Assembly (NCBI RefSeq): GCF_040938485.1
Contig: NW_027271819.1
Coordinates: 496,001 to 560,000 of the forward strand
From: Diadema antillarum
Taxonomy: Eukaryota
Reading direction: 5' to 3'
Length of the DNA: 64,000 nucleotides
Made by a program: the position numbers and the translations under genes. Every line of letters begins with the position of its first letter. The first letter of the stretch is position 1. The notes beneath the pieces were generated by a model that did not search any database, was not told where the DNA came from, and worked only from the letters and a program-made list of their open reading frames with translations. Shown here piece by piece: positions 23,845-37,552 of the stretch.

Positions 23845-26329
23845 CCGGCTAGAATCTTTTGAATGTTTGATAGTTTGACTGTCAAATTTAATCAATGAAA
23901 ACACTGTCTTTTTCGACAGTATGAATGTTGTGCCTTGGATATGATCAAATGATTGAAAATGTCCTTTTCATTCAACTCTTCCGGATCAAGTGTATTTGTA
24001 TCTAAATACAAAAATGGCAAAAGTCAGTGCCAGGTTATTTCGAGTAAACTATATAAAAAGAAATGGTAAAAATAATAGCAATAATCTTTCTCTTTATTTG
24101 TTAACGATAATGTTAGATATCGTACCGTGATGTTAAGACTACATATCGTAAAGAAAGTTAAAACCTACATAGCTATATCATGATAATAATTGGCATTACT
24201 TGTAGGGGGTCTTTTTGTTTGATGGACTTGGGTCGTCTTTTTAATCACATAGGCTTTGGTCATTCTTTGAATCATAATTTTGCATGATAGGCAATTGTAG
24301 TGATTGATCCGGTAAAAGGAATTATAATGATAGAAGTTGTCTTTTTCTTTTCTTTTTGGCTTTTCATTAGCATGGTTTGAAAATATGTAGCTTCCCAATA
24401 TTGACATGTATCCAAAAATGTACATAATAGGAATAGTAATATATATAGTGTATATATGTATACAGTGCGAGATATTGTTCCCTTCCGAAACGTACGCAGT
24501 GCCTTATCGTGGGTAGCACATAGTGAAAGAAATTAGACTTGAGGCGGACGTTGCTCTCGATCTTGTTCTCCCTTTTAATCAATCGAGCTTTCGGCCTGTC
24601 ATCAGGCCTTCATCAGGATCTACCAACAGAACATGATGTTATTTAAATCTCATAATGCACCATGATATATAATGCGATGACATATTATAATATCAGTCTT
24701 CTGAAGTATTACCTTAACGTACACAAAATCAGTATCATTCAATTCAATACAAAAATACAATCCAGCATTATCTCATCAACAGAAATATGTTATGTATCAA
24801 AAATGAAAGAAAAATCTATTGATAAAAAGTAAATCCAATTCTTAAATCAGACGTAAGTCTGATAGACGTTCTGCCCATTGTTTTCACGCAGTTCCAAGAG
24901 CATCCAAGAAACGGACCCATGACATGCTATATAAAGATCCACAACTTACTCTGTGACCATTAAACCAAATTGAATGGGGTTTTCTGTAAAATATAAGTGC
25001 GGTTTTATAAATTTAGACTCTGAAATAGCATTTAGACAGTTTAATAATATTGAAAGTTATCAATGCGGAAATCCGGTTGCCTTTTTATTTTATTTTTTTT
25101 TTTGGGGGGGGGAAGGGGGAGGGGAGGACATACTGCAAAACGGAAACAAGGGTAAGTCCAAACTACCAATACTAATTCAATATCAATTATTTTATATTCT
25201 TTTTCCCCGTTCTGATAGCAAAAGCGGGAGAGGCGGTAGGGTTGCAATTGATCTCCATAATCATAATATAGGGCTTTACAAAGTAATGCGAATTTTCATT
25301 GAAGACTGGACGGAATGGTTTTAAGATATTAATGAAAAAAAATACAATCCAGATATTTGGTGTTATCATATTGGAAATTAAAACTATGTAATTATATTTG
25401 ATCTCAATATGATTTTTTTTTTTCAATACGATCACTCACGATTAAACATAGAATTTATTTAGTTTATTTTGGGACTGACTACAGCATCGATACTATTACG
25501 GTAATAGGTCCTATTACAATGTATATTATGATATGGATATATGGTAACTTTTAATCTACTTGATAAATAATCAGCGTTTGTTTTTCTTTTTCATATTAGA
25601 ATCCGACGAGAACACCTCAAACTTCTTAAAACTTCTAAATGATTTTTTTTTCAATGGTAATGATTTATGATACATCTGATCTGATACCCACTTTAACAGC
25701 TTTCAAATATTTAGAATCTTAAAATCAACACCAAATGTATACAGATGATATATGATGATATTTTGAAGATATTAAAAAATTAAAATCAGATTTAGTCCAA
25801 GATCTTTCATATACAGATACAGATAAGGAGGAATATGCATCATTAAATAAGTTTCTTTATCATGTTACTTTAGGTAATATTACATTTTTGACTTGCTTGA
25901 TTGTGTGTTTATCTAATTCAGATAAGCAGTTCTTTGAAAGGTAAGGAGAGAATTTTCCCCCTGAAGTGAAACTATATAGGTGAGAAACTATTAGTGCAAC
26001 TCCAGTTTAAGTGAACTTTTCTACATTGAAGAAGTTTAGGAGAGCGATAACGAGTTAGACAAAGCAATCCCTACCTGGCCAATTTTTACTTCTTATCGAA
26101 TCTATCCTTATCTCATAATACTTTTGTTCTCTTCTACAATCTAACGAGTGGTCGTGACTGTCAATGCCTCATTACAAGTTTTATATGGGGGGGGGGTGTG
26201 GGGTTGCTCGCTCATGGTTTATCGTTCTCTTAATCCGGCAAAAGATAAGAAATCACATTCACAAGGTTTTGTTTCCAAAATTGTGTACCATTCGCGTTGT
26301 AAACGAGCTTACTTGCACAAACTTTTAAA

Positions 26330-26560
26330 GAGTGAGAAAAAGACCTCCTCCTCTAGATACAGTTGTATCTTCCACGTCTTTGCTGCGCATGATCCTGGTT
26401 CCTCTTCATAATATTACATGTATTACCCGGTACTGACTGAGCTTACAGCATTTTAAATACCATCTTGTATGTGCAGCAACGAACATTCTGGGTCTCTGAT
26501 TCCGCTGATTGTTTAAACTTGAGTCAACATTTCGCGTGCTGGTTCTTGTGTCCTCGTACT
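26330..26560 (+). promoter_or_regulatory. Conserved upstream block of copies 3-6 (paralogs at about 34370-34560, 42600-42800, 52810-53000)
   Basis: Shared TGCGCATGATCCTGG, TGACnnnGC (26434-26442) and TGAGTCA (26520-26526), about 230-320 bp before the ATG exon. Function is inferred. Confidence 0.35.
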
Positions 26561-26752
26561 CTACACTGCACCCACGAGGTTGCCCATGTATACTATCCGT
26601 GTCCGTGAAACACCATGTTGTTACACATTTCGCTCCAGCGTACAGTACTGTATTCATGACTCAACTCAACTACAAACAACTGGAGGCTCAGAGTAACGAT
26701 CCACTGAGGAGCTAGAAAGGCTGACTGAAGGGGACGGAACATTCCATAAGAA

Positions 26753-26755
26753 ATG
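26753..26755 (+). CDS. NAT: NAT copy 3 start-codon exon
   Basis: AAGAAATG|GTGAGT. Phase-0 intron 26756-29258. Confidence 0.65.
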
Positions 26756-27404
26756 GTGAGTGATATTTGTCAAACCAGGCTCTTAAATGAAACAACCTCT
26801 CATGAGGGGTGCCCCTCCCTCCACCCCCACCCCCACCCGATATTTTATTCCCCCTACTGGTTAGATTATATCTGTAGATAAAATTCTGGGAAGTTGGTGA
26901 AACCGGCTACAGATTAAACTGGACGCAATAAAAAATGGAGGGACTTACTGAAAAAAAAGAAGAAACATGTTATACTTCGTGTATGCACTATGCTTCCTTT
27001 GTTAAGTGCCGAAACAAAACGTGTTAAACCTTTGATCGGCTTCAGACTAAAGTTCAAATATCATGTGTGTTCACTTGAATAACATATACGTCTTGAGTGC
27101 TTTAACATGCAACGTAATTGGACTGATAATGTCGCCTCCTTGCATATCGCCCATTCGTTCGCACGTGAAAATCTCTATATTTCGTATTTGTACTTTAATC
27201 CTCCACGTAAATCATTAATAGTATTACAACAAAGCATAGGTAAAAAAAACAAACAAACTACAAACCAATAATAATTTCTACAGGCTTGCAGTTTTCATTA
27301 TCAACTAAACATCGCTTCGGAATTATTGTGCATAAATAAATGCGCCAGTGCATATTATGAGACCACCACAAAATTGCCTTATCTATATTAACAATTCTTT
27401 CTTA

Positions 27405-27942
27405 TCACCTTCACAGACATGTTGATTGAGTGAATGCAGCAATATTATCAGAACACATTAGTGAAAGTTTGCGGACAATTCGTCTCAAAGGTATTGAATT
27501 TTTGAGGTTTCTGCTCGCTCACTTCTGGGTGAGAAGACTACTACAGCTCATGATGTCACACGTGTACAACAATCTAAAAAAATATGAAGAAAATTCAACA
27601 ATAATTCACTTTTTTTTGGGGGGGGGTATAATAAAAGAGCACTTGACGTGCCCCTTTCAGAAGTTTGGGGGAATAAGCCAATGACAAGTCGAGGAAATAT
27701 GCACTTTTTTTCAAAAAAATAAAATGCTATGAAATTCTCTTTTTCTTTTCCTTTTACCGTTTTACGCATGTGACATCGCACACTTTAGATAGTAGTCTTC
27801 TCATCCGGCAGTGACTGCGAAGATACTTCAAAAATTCATAACTTTTGAAGGAATTGTCCGATTTTCCTTAAACTTTCACTGACGCGTTTTACTAATGTTG
27901 CTGCATTCACTCAATCCGCATGTATGGAGATGGACTTGTCCT
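27405..27942. mobile_element. Diverged Kolobok-like TTAA MITE in the copy 3 intron (family of 45222-45789)
   Basis: Right end GGACTTGTCCT|TTAA (TTAA at 27943-27946). Body similar to 45222-45789, left end decayed. Confidence 0.6.
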
Positions 27943-28231
27943 TTAATCAACATATAACTCATCTTACCTCATAAGAATATCGGCATTAGTGGTTTCACTC
28001 TAGGTGAGAGCTGTACAGTGTATATCATCTTCTGCTACTATTGTTATGATCGAGTATACAGTGCATATCTGTTGAAAAGTTGGAAGTGAAAACAAACAGC
28101 TCGTATGTGCAGAACATGTGTGGAGAGCTGGCTGGAGTGTACATTCACACACTGGTGTGAAAGCTTGTGATACAAACATCCACGTACGTACGTCGTGAAT
28201 ACACGCCGTCAGCGTGTAGAATCCTTGCTCA

Positions 28232-28539
28232 ACCATGCTGGAAAGAACACAGTGTCCCACAACGTGAAACACAATGTGAAACACAGTTTGAAAACAGTGT
28301 GAAAACAGTGTGAAATCTCTTCACACTGTTAAATTCGAGCATTTTAACAGTGTGAACACATTGTGAATCATCAATTTACAGTGTGAAACAGAACATTAAT
28401 ATTTAAATACCCTATAAAAGTAAAGTAACATTAGAATGTGAAATAATCTTCACACTGTTAAACTCGAGCGTTTCACATAGTGGACTTTGTGAACACAATG
28501 TGAACACACTGTGGAACGCTGTGTTCTTTCCAACAGGGT
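28232..28539. mobile_element. Unclassified MITE with ACCCTGCTGGAAAGAACACAG-type TIRs and CACACTGT repeats
   Basis: ACCATGCTGGAAAGAACACAG ... CTGTGTTCTTTCCAACAGGGT, with internal hairpin CACACTGTTAAA / TTTAACAGTGTG. Relatives at 41690-41951 and 51892-52162. Confidence 0.5.
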
Positions 28540-29258
28540 CGCCGTTGTTATTTGTAATTTATCAGTAAATTTCTTGTGGCTGTCACAAATGATAAGATGT
28601 ACCACAGAATTTGAAATGCAACTATGGAAGAAAAGTAGATAATTTGGTCTAAAAAAGGGGGAAAAAACGCTAATCGTGGGTTTGTTTTCACTCCAGCCGC
28701 CGCTAAATATCCGGAGGTCCGACCGTGAGAAAAGCCCTAACCCACTGACAGGTCAATGGTCCAACTCTTGTCCGTAGATGTGTCCAGCCTCTGCAGCTCA
28801 GCCCTGCCGACCCTCAAAGCCGTCTCTTCTGGTTATCTCTCCCTCTTGCTTCCTCTACTACTACTCTACTTCCTCTTATTCACTATCGAACATTATTGTA
28901 CACGCTTGTGAACTGCATGCCATAATTACATTTGGTTGTTTAATGACCACCTGTCGGGGTAGCATTTTTTACAGTTTTGATGGGTTGTTTTTTTCTTCAA
29001 TTTCAATCTGACTACTTTACTCCATCATGTTCTGCCTGCAACTTTTTATGAGTGTGTTTGCAAGGGGAAAAATACGTTCGATAAAACGATCAGGCGCCTA
29101 AGGATTTTTACACTGTAAGGCTTGTATTCCAAAATAGTCTGACGTAGAATGGTTGTTTTCTTTTGCAATTGCTTTATTTTTTTTTTCTAATTGCTAAGGA
29201 GTGTGTTTAAAGAATTGAGACGGTTTATTTATTATTCTTACAACATTATGTCTTACAG

Positions 29259-30221
29259 GAAGAGCAAGATATTTCAGATGGAATAAAGGATGCCTCAACC
29301 AAAGGCGTCACAATCGAATCGATGATGACGTCAGAGGAAGGATTTCGTTTTGTACGCGACGTCCTACATGTGGCGTCACCTGAAGACAAGATGACCATTG
29401 ACCCAAAAGGACTCTTAGATGATATTGTGTGTTCCTGGCAGCAATTCATCCCATACCAGACAATTCGCAGCATAGCCACGCCCAACAAAGAAAGGCACCG
29501 CCCTACACTCTTGGAGATCAAGAACGATATATTGGCAAAATATGGTGGTCGCTGCTACCATAGCAATGTCGGATGTTTCATGGTGATAAAAGCTCTTGGT
29601 TACCACGCGGCCCTGGTACCAGGTGATGTCCTTGGGCGAAAAAGCGCCCATGTTGTTGTCATAGTCTACAACTTATCTGGGGAAGGTAGCAAGCACATGG
29701 CGGACGTGGGCACAGGGGGCTGGCCAACATTCCAGCTGATCCCGCTGGATTTTAAGAAGGAATCTCCCGAGTACCACGAGTCCTTCTCGCGATACAAGTT
29801 TGTACGACGAGGTGACCTCATCTTACGCCTGCACAACGCGGAGAACGACTCAGCTGGAGCGGCGTTCTTCGAGAAAACCTTGAAGGACGGCTGGTACACT
29901 TATGCCGAGATCCATCATGAAATGCCAGTAGACGTTTCCCACTTCGATGACATCATGTCGATGTTGTATACCACGATTTCGGAGGATAGTCCACTTCTCA
30001 CACTAATTTGGTGCATGGCGTTTCCAAACAGGCGACTCCTTTCAATCAGAAACACCACCCTCTTGATAGAGAAAGAAGAGGGTCAGGTGGAGAAAACTTA
30101 CTTCCGGTCACGTGAAGAGATGATCGCCACTTTTTCTCGCTTCTTTCCTCAATTTACTGAAGCCATGCTGAATGCCGCCATGGATGATGAGAACATTAAA
30201 CTGGACTTCAACCGGAAGTAG
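29259..30221 (+). CDS. NAT: Arylamine N-acetyltransferase copy 3, main coding exon (about 321 aa)
   Basis: Intact ORF with GGRC, H and ADVG. Acceptor TCTTACAG at 29258, and the frame is open for 21 codons before ATG 29322. Confidence 0.9.
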   Translation, partial: EEQDISDGIKDASTKGVTIESMMTSEEGFRFVRDVLHVASPEDKMTIDPKGLLDDIVCSWQQFIPYQTIRSIATPNKERHRPTLLEIKNDILAKYGGRCYHSNVGCFMVIKALGYHAALVPGDVLGRKSAHVVVIVYNLSGEGSKHMADVGTGGWPTFQLIPLDFKKESPEYHESFSRYKFVRRGDLILRLHNAENDSAGAAFFEKTLKDGWYTYAEIHHEMPVDVSHFDDIMSMLYTTISEDSPLLTLIWCMAFPNRRLLSIRNTTLLIEKEEGQVEKTYFRSREEMIATFSRFFPQFTEAMLNAAMDDENIKLDFNRK

Positions 30222-31529
30222 CCTTCCAGTTTCTTTTCAATGTGTGATAATTTGGCTGTCAAATTTAATCAATGACAACACTGTCTTTGTAGAGAGAATG
30301 GATGTTGCGCCTTGTTCTTATGAGCAAATGGTTGAAAATTTCCTTTTCTTTGAACTCGCCCGGATTTAATATATAGGCTTGTGTACCTCAATATTAAGAT
30401 GGCCAAAGTCCGTGGCAGATCATTTCGAATAAACTATATGAAAAAGAAAAAATGATAATAATATTTTTTTTCATTTGTTATCAACGACAACGTTATGTTT
30501 AACTGTGATGTAACGCTTTATATTGTAAAGAAAGTTAAAATGTAGGCCCTACATACAAATGTAACTATATCATAATGAAAATTGACGTTACTCGGAGGTG
30601 ATCCCTTTGTTTGATGAACTTGCGTCGTACTTTTAATGACATGGGCTTTCTTCATTCTTTTAATCATATGCGTAATGGGCTCCTGTATTGATTGGTCCGG
30701 TAGAAGGAATAATAATATTTTGTCACAAACGCGTTAACTCCATTCTTGTTAAGTTGAGATATTTGTTATTAAAGGTGCTTAAAAACAGAGAAAATAATAA
30801 AAATATACAGGATTCTTTAATCGTAACTTCGAGAATATTCCTTGCTATGTCACAAGTGAGGTGCTTTTTGCTGCATGCTTTCATTCATACAAATTATTTA
30901 CCCGAAATCTTGTTGAACCTAACCGTTAAAACACGCTTAGCTCATGCTTGGTACATCCAACATCGACCTTATGTGGTGCAATCCTAATATCAAAAGTATA
31001 ATAACCTGTCTTGTTTTACATGGTAATTCATGTCAACTTTTATTGGAGATACATGTGACATACTTGCCTTTAACGTGAATATTGCTTGATTTCATATTGA
31101 AAAGATTTATTCTTCATCTATGACACCGTTCCTTATCTCAATTGTATCTTCGTAACTTTGTTATTGTTCCTAAACTATGATATATGAGTCTTAATGGTCT
31201 CCCCAAATACTGTACAATATTCATTTCATAGGTCCTGGGTATACATCATTCTGATTACAAAGTTCAACACCATATTTCAATCGGACATGTTATCATAGCC
31301 ACAATCTTAGTAGCTCGTGTGTTTGTGATTCATATCCTAAATCCTATTTTAATGATTTCGGTATTAATTTTTTGTTTCCTTGGGACCAATTCATGTAAAC
31401 ATAATTATCTTCTATCCTATCCTCTTTATAATCTTCATTTGAATTGTTTTAAGTAATCATTCCTGAATAAAAAAAATAAAAAAAATCTGCCAGGATTTTT
31501 CTCTAACTTGTGCGAATCATTTGTGGATG

Positions 31530-31665
31530 CGTGTGTGTGTGTGTGTGTGTGTGTACAATGTATCTGTATGTGCCCGCGTGTTTTAGGGTGTGAATGCGTG
31601 TTTGTAGTTATAAATAAGACTATGGGTATGTATGTGTCTATAATTAGTGTACTTATATGACTTGT

Positions 31666-31697
<32 letters not shown>

Positions 31698-32229
31698 TAA
31701 GGGTCATATAGGCGTGATTTCTAAAATTTTTGTGTGCATTCTTCAAATTTTTCTCCCTTCGAAAATGATTCTTTTATAATTCAATTACATATTAGCAACA
31801 ATATAAGTTTTTTTTTTCCTGTCTATTGATTTTTTTTCTTTTCATTCATATCTGATCCCTCTGTATTACTAAAGTCAAACTGCAGGTAACTGGGAGAAAC
31901 TCAAAATTTGATTCGCACAATTCTATAAATGTATGATTTGTTTTCAGGACCGCGGTGCAAATAAGAATGCTAATCGATCTATCCTATATGATAATGTTAA
32001 TAATTTTGATAACGACAAAAAATGTAAGCAATGACAAAATATTTGATCGATTATATATCAGTTGTTACTTTCAACGTGAGTAACGTGGCTTTGTAATTTG
32101 TTAAAACCTCGATTTTTCAATGTGTAACTCAGATATATCAGTATATGCTTTAAATAATTATTTATATCATATTATTGTATCTTGCACCTGAATCAGCTTC
32201 CACACGTCCATCCGCATGTTCACCTTCAG

Positions 32230-32269
<40 letters not shown>

Positions 32270-32285
32270 ACAAACACACACGCAG
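31530..32285. repeat. (GT)n and (CA)n microsatellite patches of the intergenic block (paralogs at 40822-41350 and 51027-51550)
   Basis: Direct inspection. Confidence 0.8.
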
Positions 32286-34247
32286 ACGCACAACTACACT
32301 CACATAATCACACTCTATTATATTCAAAGACCAAGACCCGAACAATTCTCATAAGGAACCTTGACATGAGTTATAGATTTAAATGATATCACTTAAATCA
32401 CAGTTAAACAACCCATGGAAAATTATTAGAATATAACACTGCGAGATTAATAACATATTTAAGACTATACTAGGCCATTATTGTCATTTGTTTATCATGC
32501 GCATGCCATTCACAATATTGTAAACCACATCGCTGGAGACCTAAGCCTTTAGCTTTATTTCATTCGAATTTCCTACCAACAACTCCGGGAAAATACCTCT
32601 CTTCAACGTTTTACTTTTTGTGCAATTGATAAACTGTTACCTTATGTCACCCACCCCGCCCCCTCCCCGCAAAAAGAAAGACCCTCAGCAACGATATCTT
32701 TAAAAATGGTAAATCAATCCATATACAATTTCAGGGTATGAAACTATATCATAATACCCACCAAATTTTTGTCCACGTCATGAAAAAACAAACAAACAAA
32801 CAAACAATTAACTACCAAAGACAAATGAGGATCTTTGAAGAGAATGTCAGAAATCTCTTCCCTCCAAGTTCTGCCCATTGTTTTCACACAGTATGCAGCT
32901 CCAAGAGAATCCAAGTGCTTTACAAGGAGCCAATATTTTCTGTGACTGCACGTAACCAAAATAAATGAGGTTTTCTGTAAAATGTAGGTAAGATATTATA
33001 TTTTAGACTCTGAAATAGTACTTAGACAGTTTTATCAAACTGAAAGTTATCAATGCTTAAATTCTGTTGTATTTCTTTTTCGGGGGGGGGGGAGGGGTAA
33101 GCCCTAACCCCCTTTCATATTCAATATAGATGCTTATTATATTCTTTCTTTCTTTGTTCTGATGGCAAAACCGGAAGAGGCGGCGGGGTTGTCATTTATG
33201 TCCATAATCAACCATACGACTTTGCGGAATAACGCGAATTTTCACTGAAGACTGGGAGAGGATTTGTTTAAAAAAGTGGATGAAAATAGTACCAAAATTA
33301 TTGGTGTTATCATAGTTCATCAAAACTATGTAGATATATTTGATCTCAATTTGATGAATTTTTCAATACGATCAATCGTGATTATAAAAACGTTTATTTT
33401 TGGGGGTAACTAAACACCGATACTAATATTACGTTTTAATATGGATATACGGTAACTTTTAATCTAATGGTTAAATAATCAACGTTAACTTTTCACTCTC
33501 ATATAAGAATCCGACGGGAACAGCTCAAACTACTATGACACTTCTAAATGATATTTTTCTAATGGAAATGATTTATGATAAATCTGATCTGATGCTCACT
33601 TTAACAGATTTCAAACATTTAGAACATTTAGAACAAATTTCTCCAGATGATATCAAATAATATTTTGAAGATTATTTTGAAAAATACGAATCAGATTTGG
33701 TCGAGTAATAGTGAGGTGTTTTTTCCTTTGAAACAGATGCAGATAAGGCGAAATTTGGATCACAAAGTTTCCCAATCATCAAATATGTTACTTTATGTAA
33801 TTATTACTTTTTGAACATGTTTGTCTCCGTGTCTATCTTATTCAGATAAGTATTCCTTCACTAATTAAGGAAGATAATTTCTCCCCTTATATGGAACCAT
33901 ATATTAGACGACAAACTATAAGTGCAACTCCAGTTTATGTGTGCTTTTCTACATTAAAGAAGTTTGGAAGCGCGAGAACGCAGCATACTTTCATTGTTTC
34001 AGTCATGAATCGAGGAAGACAGCACTGTAAATCTGCATCCTGCACTGAACTGCAAAACAGCAACCAAATCCATTCTAGCCAATAGTTCCTACTTATCAAC
34101 TCAGGTCTTATCTCATATGATACTCATGATCTCTTTTCAAACCTTACGAGTATTAGTGAATGTCGGTACCTCGTTACAGATAATTTTTTTTTTTGGGGGG
34201 GGGGATTACGCACTCATGGTCTTTTATACCCTTGTACCTGTAATCTG

Positions 34248-34281
<34 letters not shown>

Positions 34282-34752
34282 CATATTTACATGCTTTTTG
34301 TTTCCAAAATTATGTAGCATTCGTGTCACACACGTGCATACTTGCACAAACTTTTAAGGGAAAGGGGGAGAAAAATGCCCCTCCTTCCCCGTCTTTGCTG
34401 CGCATGATCCTGGTCCCTCTTCATATTACCCGCACTGACTGAGCTTACAGCATTTACCCTATCGCCGATGCGGCAACGAACATTCTGGCTCTCTGAATGC
34501 GCTATTGTATTCAAACTTGAGTCAACCTTTCGTATGCTGATTCTTGTGTCCTTGTGTTCTATGCTGTACTCATTTACCACCAGTATCCGTGAATCACCTT
34601 GCTGGTGCCCGCGTTTCACGGTAGTACGTCCATTTCTACAGGGTACTGTCTGTACTGAGAACTCAACGACAAACTGCTAGAGACTGGCAGTAACGGTCGA
34701 TTTAGGAGCTAGAAAGGCCGATTGAAGGGGTGAGGGGAACATTCCATGAGAA

Positions 34753-34755
34753 ATG
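34753..34755 (+). CDS. NAT: NAT copy 4 start-codon exon
   Basis: GAGAAATG|GTGAGT. Phase-0 intron 34756-37552. Confidence 0.65.
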
Positions 34756-34920
34756 GTGAGTAATTTGTCAGTGTATGGGGATATCTTTAAAAATGCCAAA
34801 TTTTCCAAATTTGTCGTTGTTGTTGTTTTGATAGGGCATATTCAATTCTTGCTTAGATAACATTTTGATATCAGAAGATTGAAATCAGGGTAGTCAGTGA
34901 ATAACAATGATAATGGTCTT

Positions 34921-35138
34921 CTAGGGTAGCCTCTCCAATGTTACCACTGCTCTACCATGTGGAGGGCTCTGCCATTATTATTACCCATTAATACACTTGG
35001 GTCGAGAGGAGCATGGTGGGTAAAATCATCTTGTCCAAGGAAGTAACCACTGGGATGGATTCGAATTCGGGTACTCCGATCGGGAGTCGGGAGTCTTACC
35101 CACTATGCAACACTATGCCACTATGCCACAGCGCTCCC
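34921..35138 (-). mobile_element. tRNA-derived SINE in the copy 4 intron
   Basis: The minus strand reads GGGAGCGCTG-TGGCATAGTGG (A-box) ... TTCGAATCC (B-box), followed by a CCTTGGACAAG...CGACCCAAGTGT..AATGGG body typical of CORE-like SINEs. Confidence 0.7.
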
Positions 35139-35164
35139 GGGTACAGAGAAAAAAATTGGAAGTA

Positions 35165-36384
35165 CTAGGTGTTTCAAAAAACATTTCCCACTTTTGATCA
35201 TTAATAGCTCAAAAACTATTCATCCGATAACACTGTCATTGATATAAATAATAGCTGAATAGTGTACAATTTGGTTGAAGGTAATTTGAATGTGAAAGCA
35301 TAAATCAGTTTCCTTAAATCTAAGATTGATTTTGAAGTAAGGTTTCAGATTTTGGTCAAATTTTAACCCTCTGTACAAAAATGAACTTTTCACAGGAACC
35401 AATGATGTGTATGTGAGTGTGTGCTGACAATGGCCCTGAACAATGGACATGCCTGAACCACCTGTTGACTAGGCGTCAGTCTCGCGCTCCCAGGCACATG
35501 AATGCTTAATCAATAATTCATGTAGATTGCCTTGGGCACTGCTAGTCTGGATTCATGCACGGTAAAGGGTAAACTGCATGCACATGGAAAAAGGAAGCAC
35601 ATGTTTCCATGTGCTTGCAAACACCACATTCCATTCCAGCTGGCAATCATTTTCAATTTTTGCTTAACATATCACTAAATTTGGGATATAAATAAGCATA
35701 AATGATCTAAAGTTCCTCATTTTAATACAACTGTCTACTAATTAAATAGTCTGACAAATTTTTCGCTTTTTGATAAAAAGAAATCATTTTTGGTAAAGAG
35801 TTCAGCAGCATTTATCATTGGGCCGATATGTTTCACAGTAGATTTATTTAAGGCTCCATTTAAACAAGTGTATACTCTAATTGATTTTCTTTGCTTCCTG
35901 TCACCATGTTTACGATAGAACAGAAGGTATTCATTGTAATTTCGTTTTTCAGAAGTAGGGAGAGCACTGTCGAGACCCAACGACAGTATCGGCAGGCGTT
36001 TGACTTTACACAGATACTGCCAGAGGCTGAATAAAGACTAGTTGTGATAGTGGAATTTCTCATGAATAAATAATGAAGCATTCAAACCCTAACTATTGTT
36101 TAGGACCATTGTCAGGGTGTTAACCACACACTCCTATACACACCCATTAACCCCTGTGCAAAGTGAAATTTTGTACAGAGGGTTGAAAATAGAGCAAAAT
36201 CTGGAACCTAACTGTGAAATTAATCATGGATTTCATGAAACTTATTTATGTTTTCATATTCAAACCACCTTCAACCAAATTGTACACTATTCAGCTATTA
36301 CTCATATCAATGACAGTGTTATCTGATATATAGTTTATGAATTATTAAGAATCAAAAGTGGGAAATGTTTTTTGAAACACCTAG
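35165..36384 (+). mobile_element. Tc1/mariner deletion derivative (1220 bp)
   Basis: TIRs of about 230 bp starting CTAGGTGTTTCAAAAAACATTTCCCACTTTTGAT. TA target duplication (35163-64 / 36385-86). Empty site GAAGTAGTAAG at about 44818 and 62501. Confidence 0.8.
35906..36034 (+). pseudogene. Transposase N-terminal remnant (DUF4817-like helix-turn-helix start)
   Basis: MFTIEQKVFIVISFFRSRESTVETQRQYRQAF... resembles the start of DUF4817-bearing Tc1/mariner transposases. Only 42 aa remain. Confidence 0.6.
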
Positions 36385-37552
36385 TAGTAAGAAGCAATAG
36401 GAACGGAGGTACCTGCTGAATAAAAAGAGCATAAAAAACATATTTGGACTGTGTACTAATTTGCTCTGTTATTTAAGTTGTGAAACACTTATTGTGCTGA
36501 AACCTTTCATCAGCTACAGACTAAAGGTCGTCGACTATGAATACGTTTTGACTTTTCATTATGCTTCACAATGACTTAGCCATGCAAAGTACATTTAGTG
36601 CAGCTGGTTTCATGTCTTTGCATATCTTCATTCCATCCGCACACAAATGTTTACATTGTTTTCTAATATTGAACTGAAATGCAAAATCGTAATCTGTACT
36701 TTAATGTCCATCATGAAGAGATGTAGTTGCTGCAGAGATGCGATATATACACGACGGTGATTTACAGAGGTGGTTAATTGTGCCTGCAGCTGTAAATCTC
36801 AACCCAGTATGTCTTCGGAAATGGTGTTACGTATGCCGCATTGCCCATTGTGACGTCACAAAATGATAGCCTCAACTATTAATGAAATCCGTTACATGAT
36901 CAATTGATGCGATTTCAGAAAACGAAAAGAGCTTTACATGAATTTCTCGGTATCTGGCCCAGGTAGGCTGCGTGATGTGTAAATTGAAAAATATCTAAAA
37001 CAGCATATAATTATTACATCATCTTAGTGATAGGTCACAGGTCAAGGTCAGAGGTCACTGCACCTAGGTGACAAGGTCACTCTCTTTTAGCGATATCGTC
37101 TGCTATAGAAGTGCCCTTTTGCCATATCGCGTGGTAAAAGGTAAAAACATGAGTGCTTGACATCACAAGGGATGACATTAGATTTATAGCATCTCTATTG
37201 CACCCTCCAATCAATATTAAGCAGACCACGTGTTAGATGAAATCAATTATGCCTTCCTACTGAAGTAAAGCGTATAACTTGTCACAACTCGCTACCCGTT
37301 CGGTGAGAATAGCTCTATATTTCATATTTCTTTGGTCGTTCGATAACCAGCTTCTGGGTTGTTGTTTTAGTATTGTTCTAAGCAGTTGCAATAGAATACA
37401 TGTTAGGCGACGGAGGATTCTAAAATTAAATCTTGCCTTCTCAGAAATCTCACTGGTAAGTCTCTTTGACATTGTTCACATAGATGGGTAAGGCCTGTGC
37501 TTCCGGAAATTATACACTTTATTAATTTTTCTGACAACTTTATGTCTTCCAG

